A stretch of 64,000 nt of DNA from Chitinophagaceae bacterium (GCA_019638615.1 JAHBTL010000027.1:28550-92549); one strand, 5' to 3'; shown: positions 29,169-39,912, numbered from the stretch's first letter. Made by a program: numbers and translations. Notes: a model not told the origin generated them from the sequence alone.

Positions 29169-29210
29169 ATCAACTCAAAACCATCCTTTACCTATTAAAA
29201 TGCAAAATCA

Positions 29211-30920
29211 ATGACGACATTATTCTCCCATGTATCTGCAACCCCTGAGCAACTTTTCGACACCAAATGCGAACAGGAAAAATTATGGTGGAAAAACGAA
29301 GAAAGCGAGCAGATGCTCAACAGGGGATACCTGCTAAAAGGCGAAACGGTAGAAGGCGCCATAGAAAGAATATGTTCCGCCGCCGCTCAACGATTGTATA
29401 AGCCCGAGCTGAAGGAAGCCTTCAAAGAAATGGTGGAACGCGGCTGGATGAGCTTAAGCTCACCGGTGTGGGCCAATATGGGTACCGAAAGAGGTTTGCC
29501 TATATCCTGCTTCAATGTTCATGTGCCCGACGATATAGAAGGAATTACGCATAAGCTGGGCGAAGTGATCATGCAGACAAAGCTGGGTGGCGGTACTTCG
29601 GCTTATTTCGGCGCATTGAGAGAAAGGGGAAGCGCCGTAACAGACAATGGTAAAAGTAGCGGCGCGGTAAGCTTTATGCGCTTATTTGATACGGTAATGG
29701 ATACCATTTCGCAGGGTGGCGTACGCCGCGGCGCATTTGCAGCTTACCTGGACATTGACCATGCAGATATCGAAGAGTTCCTTTCGATCAAGGATATAGG
29801 ACATCCTATACAAAACCTTTTTTATGGTGTATGTGTACCCGACTACTGGATGCAGGACATGATTGACGGAGACAGCAATAAGCGGAAAATATGGGCCAAG
29901 GTGCTGGAAAGCCGTCAACAGAAAGGGCTGCCTTATATTTTCTTTACCGACAATGTAAACAGGAATAAGCCACAGGTGTACAAAGACATGAATCTTACGA
30001 TCCATGCCAGCAACCTGTGTTCGGAAATTATGCTGCCCTCTACTGAAGATGAGTCGTTTATTTGCTGCCTGTCGTCCATGAACCTCGAATTGTATGATGA
30101 ATGGAAAGATACCAATGCGGTTAAGCTGGCGATATTTTTCCTGGATGCCGTGTTGCAGGAATTCATAGCCAAATCAGAGGGCAATCATTACCTGAAATCA
30201 GCCAACAGCTTTGCCAAAAGGCATCGGGCATTGGGATTAGGCGTACTGGGATGGCATTCTTATCTTCAGAAAAACATGATCCCCTTTGAAGGGATGCAAG
30301 CCAAGCAATTGACCACTTCCATATTCAGCGATATCCAGGAAAAAGCCATTAAAGCAAGTAAAGACCTGGCATGGATCTATGGCGAGCCGGAGCTGTTGAA
30401 AGGATATGGCAGGCGGAACACCACCCTGTTAGCCATCGCTCCTACCACTTCTTCTTCAGCTATATTGGGACAAACCTCTCCGGGCATCGAGCCTTTCAGC
30501 AGCAACTATTTTAAAGCCGGACTGTCCAAAGGCAATTTCATGCGCAAGAACAAATACCTGAAGGAATTGCTGACCCAAAAAGGAATGGACAATGAAGACA
30601 CCTGGCGGAGCATCATGCTGAACCACGGAAGCGTGCAGCACCTGAAGCAGCTTACCCCGGAGGAAAAAGAGGTTTTCAAAACATTCAAGGAGATCAGCCA
30701 GCTGGAAATTGTTCAGCAGGCTTCCATTCGTCAGAAATATGTAGACCAGTCGCAAAGTCTTAACCTGAATATACCTGCCGAACTACCGGTGAAAGACGTG
30801 AACAAATTATTGATCGAGGCCTGGAAGCTGGGTATTAAAACTTTGTATTACCAGCGCAGCCAGAGCGTATCAAAAGAAATGGTGACCAGCCTGGTGAGCT
30901 GCAAAAGCTGTGAGGGCTGA
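29211..30920 (+). CDS. nrdA: Class I ribonucleotide reductase alpha subunit, short form without ATP-cone
   Basis: 569 aa with the catalytic-site region SNLCSEI, no N-terminal ATP-cone-length extension, and a C-terminal Cys pair (SCKSCEG). Confidence 0.9.
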   Translation: MTTLFSHVSATPEQLFDTKCEQEKLWWKNEESEQMLNRGYLLKGETVEGAIERICSAAAQRLYKPELKEAFKEMVERGWMSLSSPVWANMGTERGLPISCFNVHVPDDIEGITHKLGEVIMQTKLGGGTSAYFGALRERGSAVTDNGKSSGAVSFMRLFDTVMDTISQGGVRRGAFAAYLDIDHADIEEFLSIKDIGHPIQNLFYGVCVPDYWMQDMIDGDSNKRKIWAKVLESRQQKGLPYIFFTDNVNRNKPQVYKDMNLTIHASNLCSEIMLPSTEDESFICCLSSMNLELYDEWKDTNAVKLAIFFLDAVLQEFIAKSEGNHYLKSANSFAKRHRALGLGVLGWHSYLQKNMIPFEGMQAKQLTTSIFSDIQEKAIKASKDLAWIYGEPELLKGYGRRNTTLLAIAPTTSSSAILGQTSPGIEPFSSNYFKAGLSKGNFMRKNKYLKELLTQKGMDNEDTWRSIMLNHGSVQHLKQLTPEEKEVFKTFKEISQLEIVQQASIRQKYVDQSQSLNLNIPAELPVKDVNKLLIEAWKLGIKTLYYQRSQSVSKEMVTSLVSCKSCEG

Positions 30921-30932
30921 GAATCAGTCAAA

Positions 30933-31598
30933 CTATTCGGACTTTTCTTCGGAAGAGATACCATAGAACTTTTCTCCAAGTTTTATTTTATCTCTTCCTT
31001 TTTCCATTCTCCATTTATTGGTATCTCTTAACGAATAAGCGCAGCCGCAATACTCCTGCATGTAAAACTGTTCCAGCTTACTGATCTCCAGCATTCGTGC
31101 AGCACCTCCTTTTTTGCGCCAGTTGTAAGTCCAGTAGGTAATTCCTTCATAATGACCGGCGGCACGGATGCCGCAATCATTGATCTGTTCCATGTTTTTC
31201 CAGCGGGAGATGCCGAGCGAGCTGGAGATCACATCAAAGCCGTTTTCGAACGCATAGAGTGCTGTTCGCTCAAAGCGCATATCAAAGCACATAGTACAGC
31301 GTATCCCCCTTTCCGGCTCCCATTCCATTCCTTTGGCTCTTTCAAACCAGTTGTCTACATCATAATCTGCATCCACAAAAGGTATTTTGTGTTTTTCCGC
31401 AAAACGAATGTTTTCTTCTTTGCGCAGCTCATATTCTTTCTTTGGGTGGATATTAGGGTTATAGAAATAAATGGTAAAGTCTATACCCGAGGCGATAATC
31501 GCTTCCATTACTTCCCCCGAACAGGGCGCGCAGCAGGAATGCAGCAATAACTTTTTCCCGTTTCCTGGCAATTCCAGTTTTTCTCTTGAGAAACTCAT
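30933..31598 (-). CDS. queH: Epoxyqueuosine reductase QueH (DUF208)
   Basis: Starting at ATG 31598 gives [40 protein letters not shown] and QEYCGCAYS follow, all conserved QueH Cys motifs. The longer ORF in the track (to 31835) has a non-homologous extension. Confidence 0.85.
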   Translation of the reverse strand: MSFSREKLELPGNGKKLLLHSCCAPCSGEVMEAIIASGIDFTIYFYNPNIHPKKEYELRKEENIRFAEKHKIPFVDADYDVDNWFERAKGMEWEPERGIRCTMCFDMRFERTALYAFENGFDVISSSLGISRWKNMEQINDCGIRAAGHYEGITYWTYNWRKKGGAARMLEISKLEQFYMQEYCGCAYSLRDTNKWRMEKGRDKIKLGEKFYGISSEEKSE

Positions 31599-31895
31599 TT
31601 TACCTGATACTATTTTGATTTTGAATTGGTGTCCGCATTTCCTGCAGATACGGTGCAAAGCTATCTTTATTTGGCCATATTTCATTGCACAGGGATGGGC
31701 GAACAAAGCTTCCTCCTGGCGCGGTCTCTTTGCATATTCCAGGGTAGCGCCTATGGCGCATAATTGAAAATTGTTCTCTTTGCCTACAAACAGGTTGTGC
31801 CGATGGCACAGAAAACCTGATATATCCAGTGGCATTTATATGGTGGGAAACCTAAACTAAACTGAGTCGCACCGGGGTCTTCATGTAAAGCTATT

Positions 31896-33024
31896 GTGGG
31901 CAGCCATGAGACCCTGGTGCTGCAAAAACACCGCCTCTTTGAAGGCGGCCTCGATCCGAAAGCGATCTGCGAAAATCTGTCACTGCTGTACAATATGCCT
32001 GTTATTCCTGGCAGCACCTTACTTCTCTTTGATGAAATACAGGCCTGTATCCCCGCTATTTCCTCCCTTCGTTTTTTTACGAAAAATATCCCGGGCTGCA
32101 TGTGATTGCTGCTGGTTCTTTACTGGAATTTGCTTTGGAGGAAACCCCTTCCTTCGGTGTGGGCAGGATCAGGTCGATGTTCATATATCCCTTATCGTTC
32201 GATGAATACATGGGCGCTATCAGCGAGACCGGTTTGCTGGAAGCCAAAAGAAAGGCTGATGCAGAAAAACCAATGGCTGAGCCACTGCATCAAAAGTTGA
32301 TCGGCTACATCAAACGCTTCCTGGTACTGGGAGGAATGCCGGAGGTACTGGCTACGCTGATTCAGGATAACGATTTATCCGCCTGTGGCAGGGTGCTGGA
32401 TGACCTGGTTATTTCATTAAAAGCCGATTTTGCCAAGTATAAAAAAAAGGGCCCGCTTTACGCATTGCCGAAGTATTTGATTCTGTAGTGCAGCAGGCTA
32501 GGGGAAAGTTTGTATATGCCAAAGTCGCTTCACAATCCAATCACAAACAAATTAAAGAAGCATTGGACCTGCTGGTCATGGCAGGGTTGGTGATACCCGT
32601 TACGCATACAGCAGCGAACGGTCTTTCGCTCGGAGCGGAAAGCAATAGTAAAAAAAGGAACATGCTATTGCTCGATACCGGTATTTCCCAGCGTCTGCTG
32701 GGATTAAATATTGCTGATATCATGCTGGAGGATGATTTTAATGTCATTAATAAAGGCGCTATTGCCGAGCAATTTACAGGGCTTGAACTACTGAAATCTG
32801 GGTCCTGCTACCGGCAGGAATCTTTGTATTTCTGGCACAGAGAAGCCAAAAGCAGTAACGCGGAAGTGGACTATGTAACGCCGAAAGGGCAACAGATCGT
32901 TCCCATCAAAGTGAAGTCGGGTAAAAGCGGAGCGATGCGTAGTATGCACCTGTTCATCGAGGAAAAAAAGCGATATTCGGTGTCCGGTTTTCCCTGGAAA
33001 ATTATGCTGCCTACGAAAAAATAA
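31896..33024 (+). pseudogene. AAA-ATPase (DUF4143-type) gene, N-terminally truncated and carrying two frameshifts
   Basis: Three consecutive ORFs in different frames read ...TLLLFDEIQ...FF(T7 run)...HVIAAGSLLEFAL...FAKYKK(A8 run)...ALRIAEVFDSVVQQARGKFVYAK...DYV. The Walker A region is absent, because a stop at 31863-31865 precedes the first fragment. Confidence 0.75.
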
Positions 33025-33211
33025 AAGTATATCCTTTGTATGCAGTAAGTGATTTTGCTAAAAGTAAATAACTAAAAAGCTGACAGGCGGTGGAAATTTT
33101 ATTTACATCAGCAACACAAAAACAGTTAAACACCTGAAGAACCATAAAATCGATCAGGCATACCCGGATACACAATATGCATTGCATGTAACATATACAT
33201 TAGATTTGTGA

Positions 33212-33670
33212 ATGGCTAAAAAAAGCGCGGGCATTCTTTTGTATCGTTTCAGAAACACAATGTTGGAAGTGCTGCTGGTGCATCCGGGAGGACCCTTCTG
33301 GGCAAAGAAGGATTACCAGGCGTGGTCTATTCCTAAAGGAGAATTTGCAGACAGTGAAGACGCGTTCGAAGCCGCAAAAAGAGAACTGGAAGAGGAGACC
33401 GGAATTAAGGCGTCAGGAAAGTTTATAGCGCTCACTCCCATCGTGCAAAAAAGTGGTAAAACCGTATATGCCTGGGCGCTGGAGAAGGACATTGATCACG
33501 TGGTTGTCAGCAGCAATCATTTCTCCATGGAATGGCCTCCCGGGTCGGGGATCCGGGCGGAATTCCCGGAAGTTGACAAGGCATCCTGGTTTGGCATCAC
33601 AGAAGCGAAAAATAAAATTGTTGCAGCCCAATTCTCCCTGATTGAAGAGCTGGCAAATAAGATTTTGTAG
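33212..33670 (+). CDS. NUDIX hydrolase
   Basis: 152 aa with the Nudix box GEFADSEDAFEAAKRELEEETGI. Confidence 0.85.
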   Translation: MAKKSAGILLYRFRNTMLEVLLVHPGGPFWAKKDYQAWSIPKGEFADSEDAFEAAKRELEEETGIKASGKFIALTPIVQKSGKTVYAWALEKDIDHVVVSSNHFSMEWPPGSGIRAEFPEVDKASWFGITEAKNKIVAAQFSLIEELANKIL

Positions 33671-33758
33671 AATTCACATCCTCCGTTTAGCCGACGCCTG
33701 TTTGAATATTGATTCAATACTTTCTTTCCTCGCCTGGCTCAATAACAATCATCCTATC

Positions 33759-34034
33759 CTACATTTTTGCGACCACCTTCCAAAGATCTGTGGCGTTATC
33801 ATATCGGAGCTGCCAGGATTTTGGGGGAATGCCGGTGCCGCGTGCTGTTGTGTAGGCGCTGATGTGAACCAATACCTCCACCTGGCTCACTTGTTCGACT
33901 TCCGCCGTGGCAATTGAGCCATCGCTGAATTCCGCGGTGGCTGGCACGGTTGTGCCGTTCGGAACAATACTGAAAAGGATGATTGCCGAACAGCCGGGAT
34001 ACACATGAGAGTCGTGGAAACTGATCGTATTCAT
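33759..34034 (-). CDS. Hypothetical protein
   Basis: A 91 aa ORF in an otherwise empty interval. No motif recognised. Confidence 0.35.
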   Translation of the reverse strand: MNTISFHDSHVYPGCSAIILFSIVPNGTTVPATAEFSDGSIATAEVEQVSQVEVLVHISAYTTARGTGIPPKSWQLRYDNATDLWKVVAKM

Positions 34035-34357
34035 ATTTACAAACTATTTCCCATTCCTGGATTATAGCAACAGAACATTCTTTAACTCTTCGTCAGGGAT
34101 CATCACCGGTGGTTGAAATACCGGCGTTTATCCTGCCTGTTTTTATAAGGTAAAGCTACTATTTGATCCGGAGCGTTTTCTATGGCATGACATAATCTTT
34201 TACAGAGAAAACAAAAGCCCTGTAAAAAGAAATCCGGAGAAGCATTAGGGCGAAGTATGAAGCTCTTAAAAAGAAATTGGAGAAGTATAACATTGAATTA
34301 CAAACGTTCAATTACTTTCATCAGCCAAGCTTTGCAAATACCTTGTTAGCGATTGCG

Positions 34358-36517
34358 TTATTGGTTAGAACGCTCAAAGTTGGGGTGCCCGACCTGCCAC
34401 AGGGAAAACGCCAGCATATCGGACAATTCTTTAAAAGTAACATCTATATCACTTGTAAAGTGTCCGTTATTATAATTTACATACAACAAAACGGGCTTGC
34501 CGGAAGCTGAATTGTTTTGTAAAGTAGCTGCAAATTTTCCGGGCATCCAGGGCACTACCCTTGGGTCGTTCATGCCGCTTCTCACAAAAACTGCCGGATA
34601 TTTAACGCCTTTCTTTACTTTGCTTTGTGCGTCCATCCCTAACAAATATCTGGCATCCTCTTCATTTTGTATTGAGCCAAGTTCCGGTATTTGATTAGCT
34701 CCGTTTGGTGTAACTTCCATTCTTAATGCATTTGTTACACCAACTTCGTCAATCGCTACGGCAAACAAATCCGGTCGTTCTGTTATGGCTCTTCCAATTA
34801 AAATACCTCCTGCGCTCATTCCATTGCCGATTAGTTTTTGTGGTGATGTGAATTTCTTGTCGACCAGATACGCTGCACAGGCTATAAAATCTTTCCAGGT
34901 ATTTGGTTTTGTGGATTTCATTCCTCCTTTGTGCCACTCTTCTCCTTTTTCACCGCCACCCCTTACGTGAGCAAAGGCAATACAGCAACCCTGTTCCAGG
35001 AATGCTGCCATTGAAGCAATAAAGTTGGGTTGAATTGAAATCCCATACCCTCCGTAACCGGTTAAATAGCAAGGCGTATGACCATCCAATTGTATGTTTT
35101 TAGGATAAATAACAGACAAGGGAACCATTGTGCCATCGTAACTTCTCACCTCAACTTCCTCTACTGTAAAATCCTTTTTATAATCAGGGATTTTACCGTT
35201 CATATCAAACCAAACGCTTTTAACAACAGTTGATTTAATTGCATCATACTCGTACAAGGTATAAGGCGACAACCAACTGTTATTATACACTATCAATCTA
35301 TCATTTTGACCTGGGTTGAAAGGCGCAGAGCCATTGATCCCTTCGGGCAAAGGCAATTTTTTAATGATAAAACCAGTTGGATTGATCTGGTATTTGTATT
35401 GATTAATGCCATTGCTTAACGAATAGAAAATATAGCTTTTTGTTTTTTGAATGCTGCGTATTACTTCTTTGCTTTCAGGCACAATGATTTTTGCATTTTC
35501 AAAATCGGGGTTTTGCAAATCAGTTACCCCTATTTTAAAATTGGGGGCATTTTTGTGTGAAAGGAAAAAAAGCTGGTTGCCAATTGAACAGTAACCGGTT
35601 ATTTCATCATCAAACTTTATTAAGGATTTCCAGGCTATTTTTGCCCTGGAAAATTCAGAACCGGGAGCATAATAAACCATCTTTTCATTTTTGACTGAAC
35701 CAATATCAAGAAAAATATATTTTTTATCGTCAGAGAATGTAACCGCCGGAAACTGCTCCGGCAATATTCCAAGTTCCGTGTTGTGCTCTCTTGAAACAAT
35801 CACCCTGTCATTTTCTGCCTTTGTACCAATAGTGTGCAGGCATACTTTCATATTTTTCAGTAAATCATCGCTGCTATTATCTGTACTATTCATTTTGGTA
35901 TACAGAACAGCATTTGAGTTTTGTGTAAACTCAAACGAAAATTCGCTCCATACAGGTTCTATACTGTCGGTTAAAAGCTTTTTAGTTTTGACGTCTAAAA
36001 TCCTTATCTCACAAACTTCTGCTCCATCTTTAGATAACGACATTGCAATTTTATTTCCCGGGTCGTCCACTACAAAGTTGATGAGCTCTGTTCCTTTCCC
36101 ATAAGCTTCAGGGTCAAACAACAATTCTTCTTTTCCGGCTGGTAAACTTCTGTAATACAATTTGCCCAAATTCCCGCCCCGTTCCACTTTCACATAAAAG
36201 AAGGTGTTCTTATTTTGATGTATCACTCCAAAAATATCTCCAACCATTTTTTGCATTTCTTTCATTCGGTTATACAAAATATCCCGTCCTTTTATTCTGC
36301 TGATAACAGTATCTGTAAATTCGGATTGGGCTTTAAACCATTGCTGCACACCGGTATCCTTAAGGTCTTCAAGCCAACGGTAATTATCAGTTACTTTTGT
36401 GCCAAAATAATCATCAACAACCGGGATTTCTTTCGTTGCCGGGTAGTTGAACTGCGCTTTTGTGTTCTGTGCCACAACAAAAAGCATACAAAAAAGTAAA
36501 AGTTTATTATTGGTCAT
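34358..36517 (-). CDS. Prolyl oligopeptidase family (S9A) serine peptidase
   Basis: 719 aa with a signal peptide, an N-terminal propeller region starting DDYFGTKVTDNYRWLED, catalytic GNGMSAGG, and C-terminal D and H regions. Confidence 0.9.
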   Translation of the reverse strand: MTNNKLLLFCMLFVVAQNTKAQFNYPATKEIPVVDDYFGTKVTDNYRWLEDLKDTGVQQWFKAQSEFTDTVISRIKGRDILYNRMKEMQKMVGDIFGVIHQNKNTFFYVKVERGGNLGKLYYRSLPAGKEELLFDPEAYGKGTELINFVVDDPGNKIAMSLSKDGAEVCEIRILDVKTKKLLTDSIEPVWSEFSFEFTQNSNAVLYTKMNSTDNSSDDLLKNMKVCLHTIGTKAENDRVIVSREHNTELGILPEQFPAVTFSDDKKYIFLDIGSVKNEKMVYYAPGSEFSRAKIAWKSLIKFDDEITGYCSIGNQLFFLSHKNAPNFKIGVTDLQNPDFENAKIIVPESKEVIRSIQKTKSYIFYSLSNGINQYKYQINPTGFIIKKLPLPEGINGSAPFNPGQNDRLIVYNNSWLSPYTLYEYDAIKSTVVKSVWFDMNGKIPDYKKDFTVEEVEVRSYDGTMVPLSVIYPKNIQLDGHTPCYLTGYGGYGISIQPNFIASMAAFLEQGCCIAFAHVRGGGEKGEEWHKGGMKSTKPNTWKDFIACAAYLVDKKFTSPQKLIGNGMSAGGILIGRAITERPDLFAVAIDEVGVTNALRMEVTPNGANQIPELGSIQNEEDARYLLGMDAQSKVKKGVKYPAVFVRSGMNDPRVVPWMPGKFAATLQNNSASGKPVLLYVNYNNGHFTSDIDVTFKELSDMLAFSLWQVGHPNFERSNQ

Positions 36518-37184
36518 TTTCAGATATTTAGCGTATTTGGTAGTGGCAGGTTCTCCGGGTTATACGGGCAGACAGGTCTGCCCATACGATCAGGCGGTCA
36601 AAAGATGGAAGAATTAAAAAGCACCTTCAAGATAAGCTGCTTTTTGATAATATCAAATATGCCAGGCGCATTTACCTGCGGTGAGAACTATTTTCATTGC
36701 GGCAAAATCAGAAATAAACACATGCCGCAATAAAGCTCATTTTTTTCGGGTTGATGAGACCTGCCCGACTTGCGTCATTCAGGCGGGCACCGACCGCTAG
36801 TGAACCCTTCTTGGCAGAAAACACAGTTACAAAAACAAAACATTCGTGCCCCGTATTCTAGGATACGGAGATAGGGTTGTATTACATAAAAGGTATGTCG
36901 GCGCGGGAGAAGCAGCCCCAGCCGTTTCTGCGAGGCCGCCCGGGTGCCACATTAAATTAAATGAATTGGGCGGCGGGTGAAGCCGTCCCAATCTAAATGC
37001 AATAGTTGAGTAGAAATGAACTATGGAGATAGTGCCAGACACCGCAACCTTCCCTGTCATTTTCAAAACGCTTTAGTTCCACTAATGGTTTACTCGCAAT
37101 GACCTTCAACGACCTTTTGGGTCAGCCCCGGAAAATTTTACGGGTTTTTATATGCCAACTGTTATATCCTGATTTTGCCCTTTC

Positions 37185-37817
37185 CTATCTACCAGACAGT
37201 GAAACATATTTGTTCAGTTCTGTCGGATTTTCGGCTTGCTTTACCAGGAAATCGGCAACATCGGAACGATTGATACTGCCAATGTTAATGCCTTTAAAAA
37301 GCCTGGGTTCTACCCTGTATTTTTCTGTCAATGGCTTGTCTTTCAGAAGCCCGGGTCTGACGATCTCCCAATTTATTTTTGACCTTGTAATGATTTCTTC
37401 CATTTTAGTCTTGTCGGCATACACATCTTTGAGCAAGAACTTGAAAGCCATTTTCATCAGGAAGGAATTGTAGGCACCGCTTTCTCCTGCTCCGAAACCT
37501 GTTACCACTATGAATGGGACCTGTGTATTTGTTTCCTGTTGAACTTCTGTCAAAAGTTCCGCGAAGTATGAATACAACGTTGTTGGCTTCATACTTTTCC
37601 CTGTTCCCAAAGCCACGATCACAGCATCTGCATTTTCAATGGATTTTTCCAGGTCGGATTTATTCGTTGCGCTTCCTTGTATCATTGTCAGGCTGGGATT
37701 GGCTGGCAGTGAAATTGCTGACCTCGAGAGTGTTGTTACCTTATGATTCCGTTGCAAAGCTCTTTTTACTGTTTCAAGTCCAACACCTGCTGAAGCGCCT
37801 ATAATTGTAATGTTCAT
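37185..37817 (-). CDS. NAD(P)H-binding atypical SDR (NmrA/BVR-B-like)
   Basis: 210 aa with the N-terminal motif ITIIGASAGVGLE. It is divergently paired with an HxlR-type regulator. Confidence 0.75.
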   Translation of the reverse strand: MNITIIGASAGVGLETVKRALQRNHKVTTLSRSAISLPANPSLTMIQGSATNKSDLEKSIENADAVIVALGTGKSMKPTTLYSYFAELLTEVQQETNTQVPFIVVTGFGAGESGAYNSFLMKMAFKFLLKDVYADKTKMEEIITRSKINWEIVRPGLLKDKPLTEKYRVEPRLFKGINIGSINRSDVADFLVKQAENPTELNKYVSLSGR

Positions 37818-37921
37818 TTTTTAGTTACATTATTCCCGGCAAAGGTATAAATATAGTATCTTAAGTATACTACCTTTACATACAATACCGGTATCTTTCA
37901 GGATACCGCAAAAGAAGCCGG

Positions 37922-38254
37922 ATGAAGAATAAGCAAAAACAAGTTCAGCTAAGAGATGTTCAGGATGTGCTCGATATTATCGGCGGGCGTTGGCGCGGGG
38001 CGATCCTGGCGAGCCTTTGCGACAAAGCAAAGAGGTTCAATGAGCTCAAGCGGGATTTAGGAAGCATTACTCCCCGGACTTTGACCAAAGAATTGAAATA
38101 CCTTGAAATGAATAAGCTTGTCAGCCGGGAGGTAGAGGCATCAGGCGCTGTATCTGTTATTTACAGTCTTACCAAACACGGCAGGTCGTTAGAACCTTTG
38201 ATTGGTCAGATTGTTGCCTGGGGGCAAAAACACAGGAAAATTGTTTTGAGTTAG
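37922..38254 (+). CDS. HxlR-family winged-helix transcriptional regulator
   Basis: 110 aa with DIIGGRWRGAILASLCDKAKRFNELKRDLGSITPRTLTKELKYLEMNKLVSRE. Confidence 0.85.
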   Translation: MKNKQKQVQLRDVQDVLDIIGGRWRGAILASLCDKAKRFNELKRDLGSITPRTLTKELKYLEMNKLVSREVEASGAVSVIYSLTKHGRSLEPLIGQIVAWGQKHRKIVLS

Positions 38255-38499
38255 TTTGTGTCAGGCTGTTCAACAAGCCGGGGGCTGGCGTAGTGTCAGC
38301 GTTATAGCATGCCGTTGAAGGCAAGAGCAAAAAGGGTTTGAAGAAGTACCCTGTATTTTCAAGCGGTCATAAACTTTGTGCACAAATTTTGTTTTTCTCA
38401 AAGAACAGGTAACTTCTACATTATAATTAAATGTTTTACAAATCTTGCATCTCATTTGAATCTAAAGGCTATACAACCAAACCAATTAAAAGGAGCTTT

Positions 38500-39069
38500 A
38501 TGAGTAAAACAGGATTGATGCTTATTATTGCTTTCGTTTCCATTAAGCATTCCGTAGGACAAGATTCTTTAACCAATGAAATAAACAACTTTTTAATATC
38601 CCTTGAAAAAAAGCAGCAATCGCTCATACATAATCCTTTCCCCCCTCTGATTATCAACGGGAAGTCTTTTAACGATGCTGAATTGAAAGGGAAAGTAACA
38701 TTAATTAATTTTTGGTTTGCCAGTTGCAAACCTTGCCTATTGGAATTCAACGCATTAAGTGATATATCACAAAAATTGAGCGCCGAAAAGAAATTTCAAT
38801 TAATAACTTTCACTTATGAGAAAAATGACGCTATTGAAGATTTGAAAAATAAATTCAATATGTGGTTTAATATAATGACAATTCCGGAAGTAGATTTTCG
38901 ATCACTGCTTCAGGGCTTTGGATGCCCTGTAAATGTTATTGTGGATGAGTATGGAATAGTTAAGTTTTGGAAATTCGGGGGAGAAATTTCAGAAGAAAAA
39001 TCAGATCAATTTTTTAGGAACGAAATCTATCCAAGAATATTAAAAGAGTTATCAATCGTCACTCCCTGA
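38500..39069 (+). CDS. TlpA/redoxin-like thiol-disulfide oxidoreductase
   Basis: The start is taken at ATG 38500 (signal peptide). The CxxC motif is in NFWFASCKPCLLEF. Confidence 0.75.
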   Translation: MSKTGLMLIIAFVSIKHSVGQDSLTNEINNFLISLEKKQQSLIHNPFPPLIINGKSFNDAELKGKVTLINFWFASCKPCLLEFNALSDISQKLSAEKKFQLITFTYEKNDAIEDLKNKFNMWFNIMTIPEVDFRSLLQGFGCPVNVIVDEYGIVKFWKFGGEISEEKSDQFFRNEIYPRILKELSIVTP

Positions 39070-39324
39070 TAGTTGATAATTCTCCATTGATTATAAATTA
39101 AGATTAAATAGTTTGATGCACTATAAGTGCACTTACGTAAAATCCAGCAATTTATTTAACAGTATTGTTCTGTATCGTTCTGGAAAACCCATCATATTTA
39201 TTTGGCGATTTCGGTGATCGCAAATATGCCATTATCAGGAATAATTTCCAACATTGTTTCGCCTGTATTTCTATGATCAACGGGTTTTGATTTACTTTTG
39301 TACCAGTATCTAAAATTAAAGCGT

Positions 39325-39777
39325 ATGAAAAGAAGTCGTTTAATTGCTGCCTTTGCGCTAGCCTTTACCTTAAATGCAACTTTCGGGCAGGATATACCCA
39401 AAAGTCAGGTGCCCTCGCTGGTAGTGAACAATTTTCAACAGGCATTTCCAAAAGCTGCTGATGTAGAATGGAAGATGGACGGAGAAATATACAAAGCAGA
39501 ATTTGAAACAGGATTACCAGGTATTGATCACGATGCATGGTTTGACAAAACAGGAAAATTGGTAAGGCACAGAGAGGAAATCTCCAAAAGCAAGTTGCCG
39601 AAAAAAGTACTGGCAAAAATCAAAGCTGATTTTAGCGGATACAGAATGGATGATGTAAGAAGAATTACAGAAGGTAGTAAAGTGACCTATGCGCTTGAGC
39701 TAAAAAAACTAAAAGAAGAGTGGAAAGTAGCTTTTGATACAGAAGGAAATGTTTTAAGCAAAGTCGCTGATCAATAA
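39325..39777 (+). CDS. PepSY-like (DUF2874-type) periplasmic protein
   Basis: The start is taken at ATG 39325 (MKRSRLIAAFALAF). Repeated V..F...FP.A..VEW units are typical of this family. Confidence 0.6.
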   Translation: MKRSRLIAAFALAFTLNATFGQDIPKSQVPSLVVNNFQQAFPKAADVEWKMDGEIYKAEFETGLPGIDHDAWFDKTGKLVRHREEISKSKLPKKVLAKIKADFSGYRMDDVRRITEGSKVTYALELKKLKEEWKVAFDTEGNVLSKVADQ

Positions 39778-39912
39778 ACGTTGTATTGACTCTAGATTAT
39801 TAAGCCTGGCTACTAATCTTGCAGTTCTGCCATCAGGTTCATCAGCATAAATTGAAGTAATTTTATAGTGTAACCTGCTCTTTGTTTCAAGATCGCTTTA
39901 GCTACTGGCAAA

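Noticed and set aside
31599-31835. N-terminal extension of the queH ORF (track start 31835)
   Set aside because: The extension has no QueH similarity. The conserved protein begins at Met 31598 (MSFSREKL...[11 protein letters not shown]), so the extension is probably untranslated leader.
36897-36925. SRP (4.5S) RNA-like string GGCGCGGGAGAAGCAGCC, resembling the GNAR tetraloop + GGAAGCAGCC of domain IV
   Set aside because: I could not find the complementary 5' and 3' strands needed to build the SRP helix around it. The flanks do not pair, so the resemblance is probably fortuitous.
36827-37066. 79-aa minus-strand ORF
   Set aside because: The translation is Pro/Gly/Ala-rich and low-complexity, generated by a GC-rich non-coding block. 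There is no start context or recognisable motif.
39903-39912. TACTGGCAAA shared with the tandem CTGGCAAATT repeats upstream of the integrase (53721-53741)
   Set aside because: It is a single 10-nt match lying outside both proposed elements, so chance is plausible in 64 kb. It is not used as evidence for boundaries.
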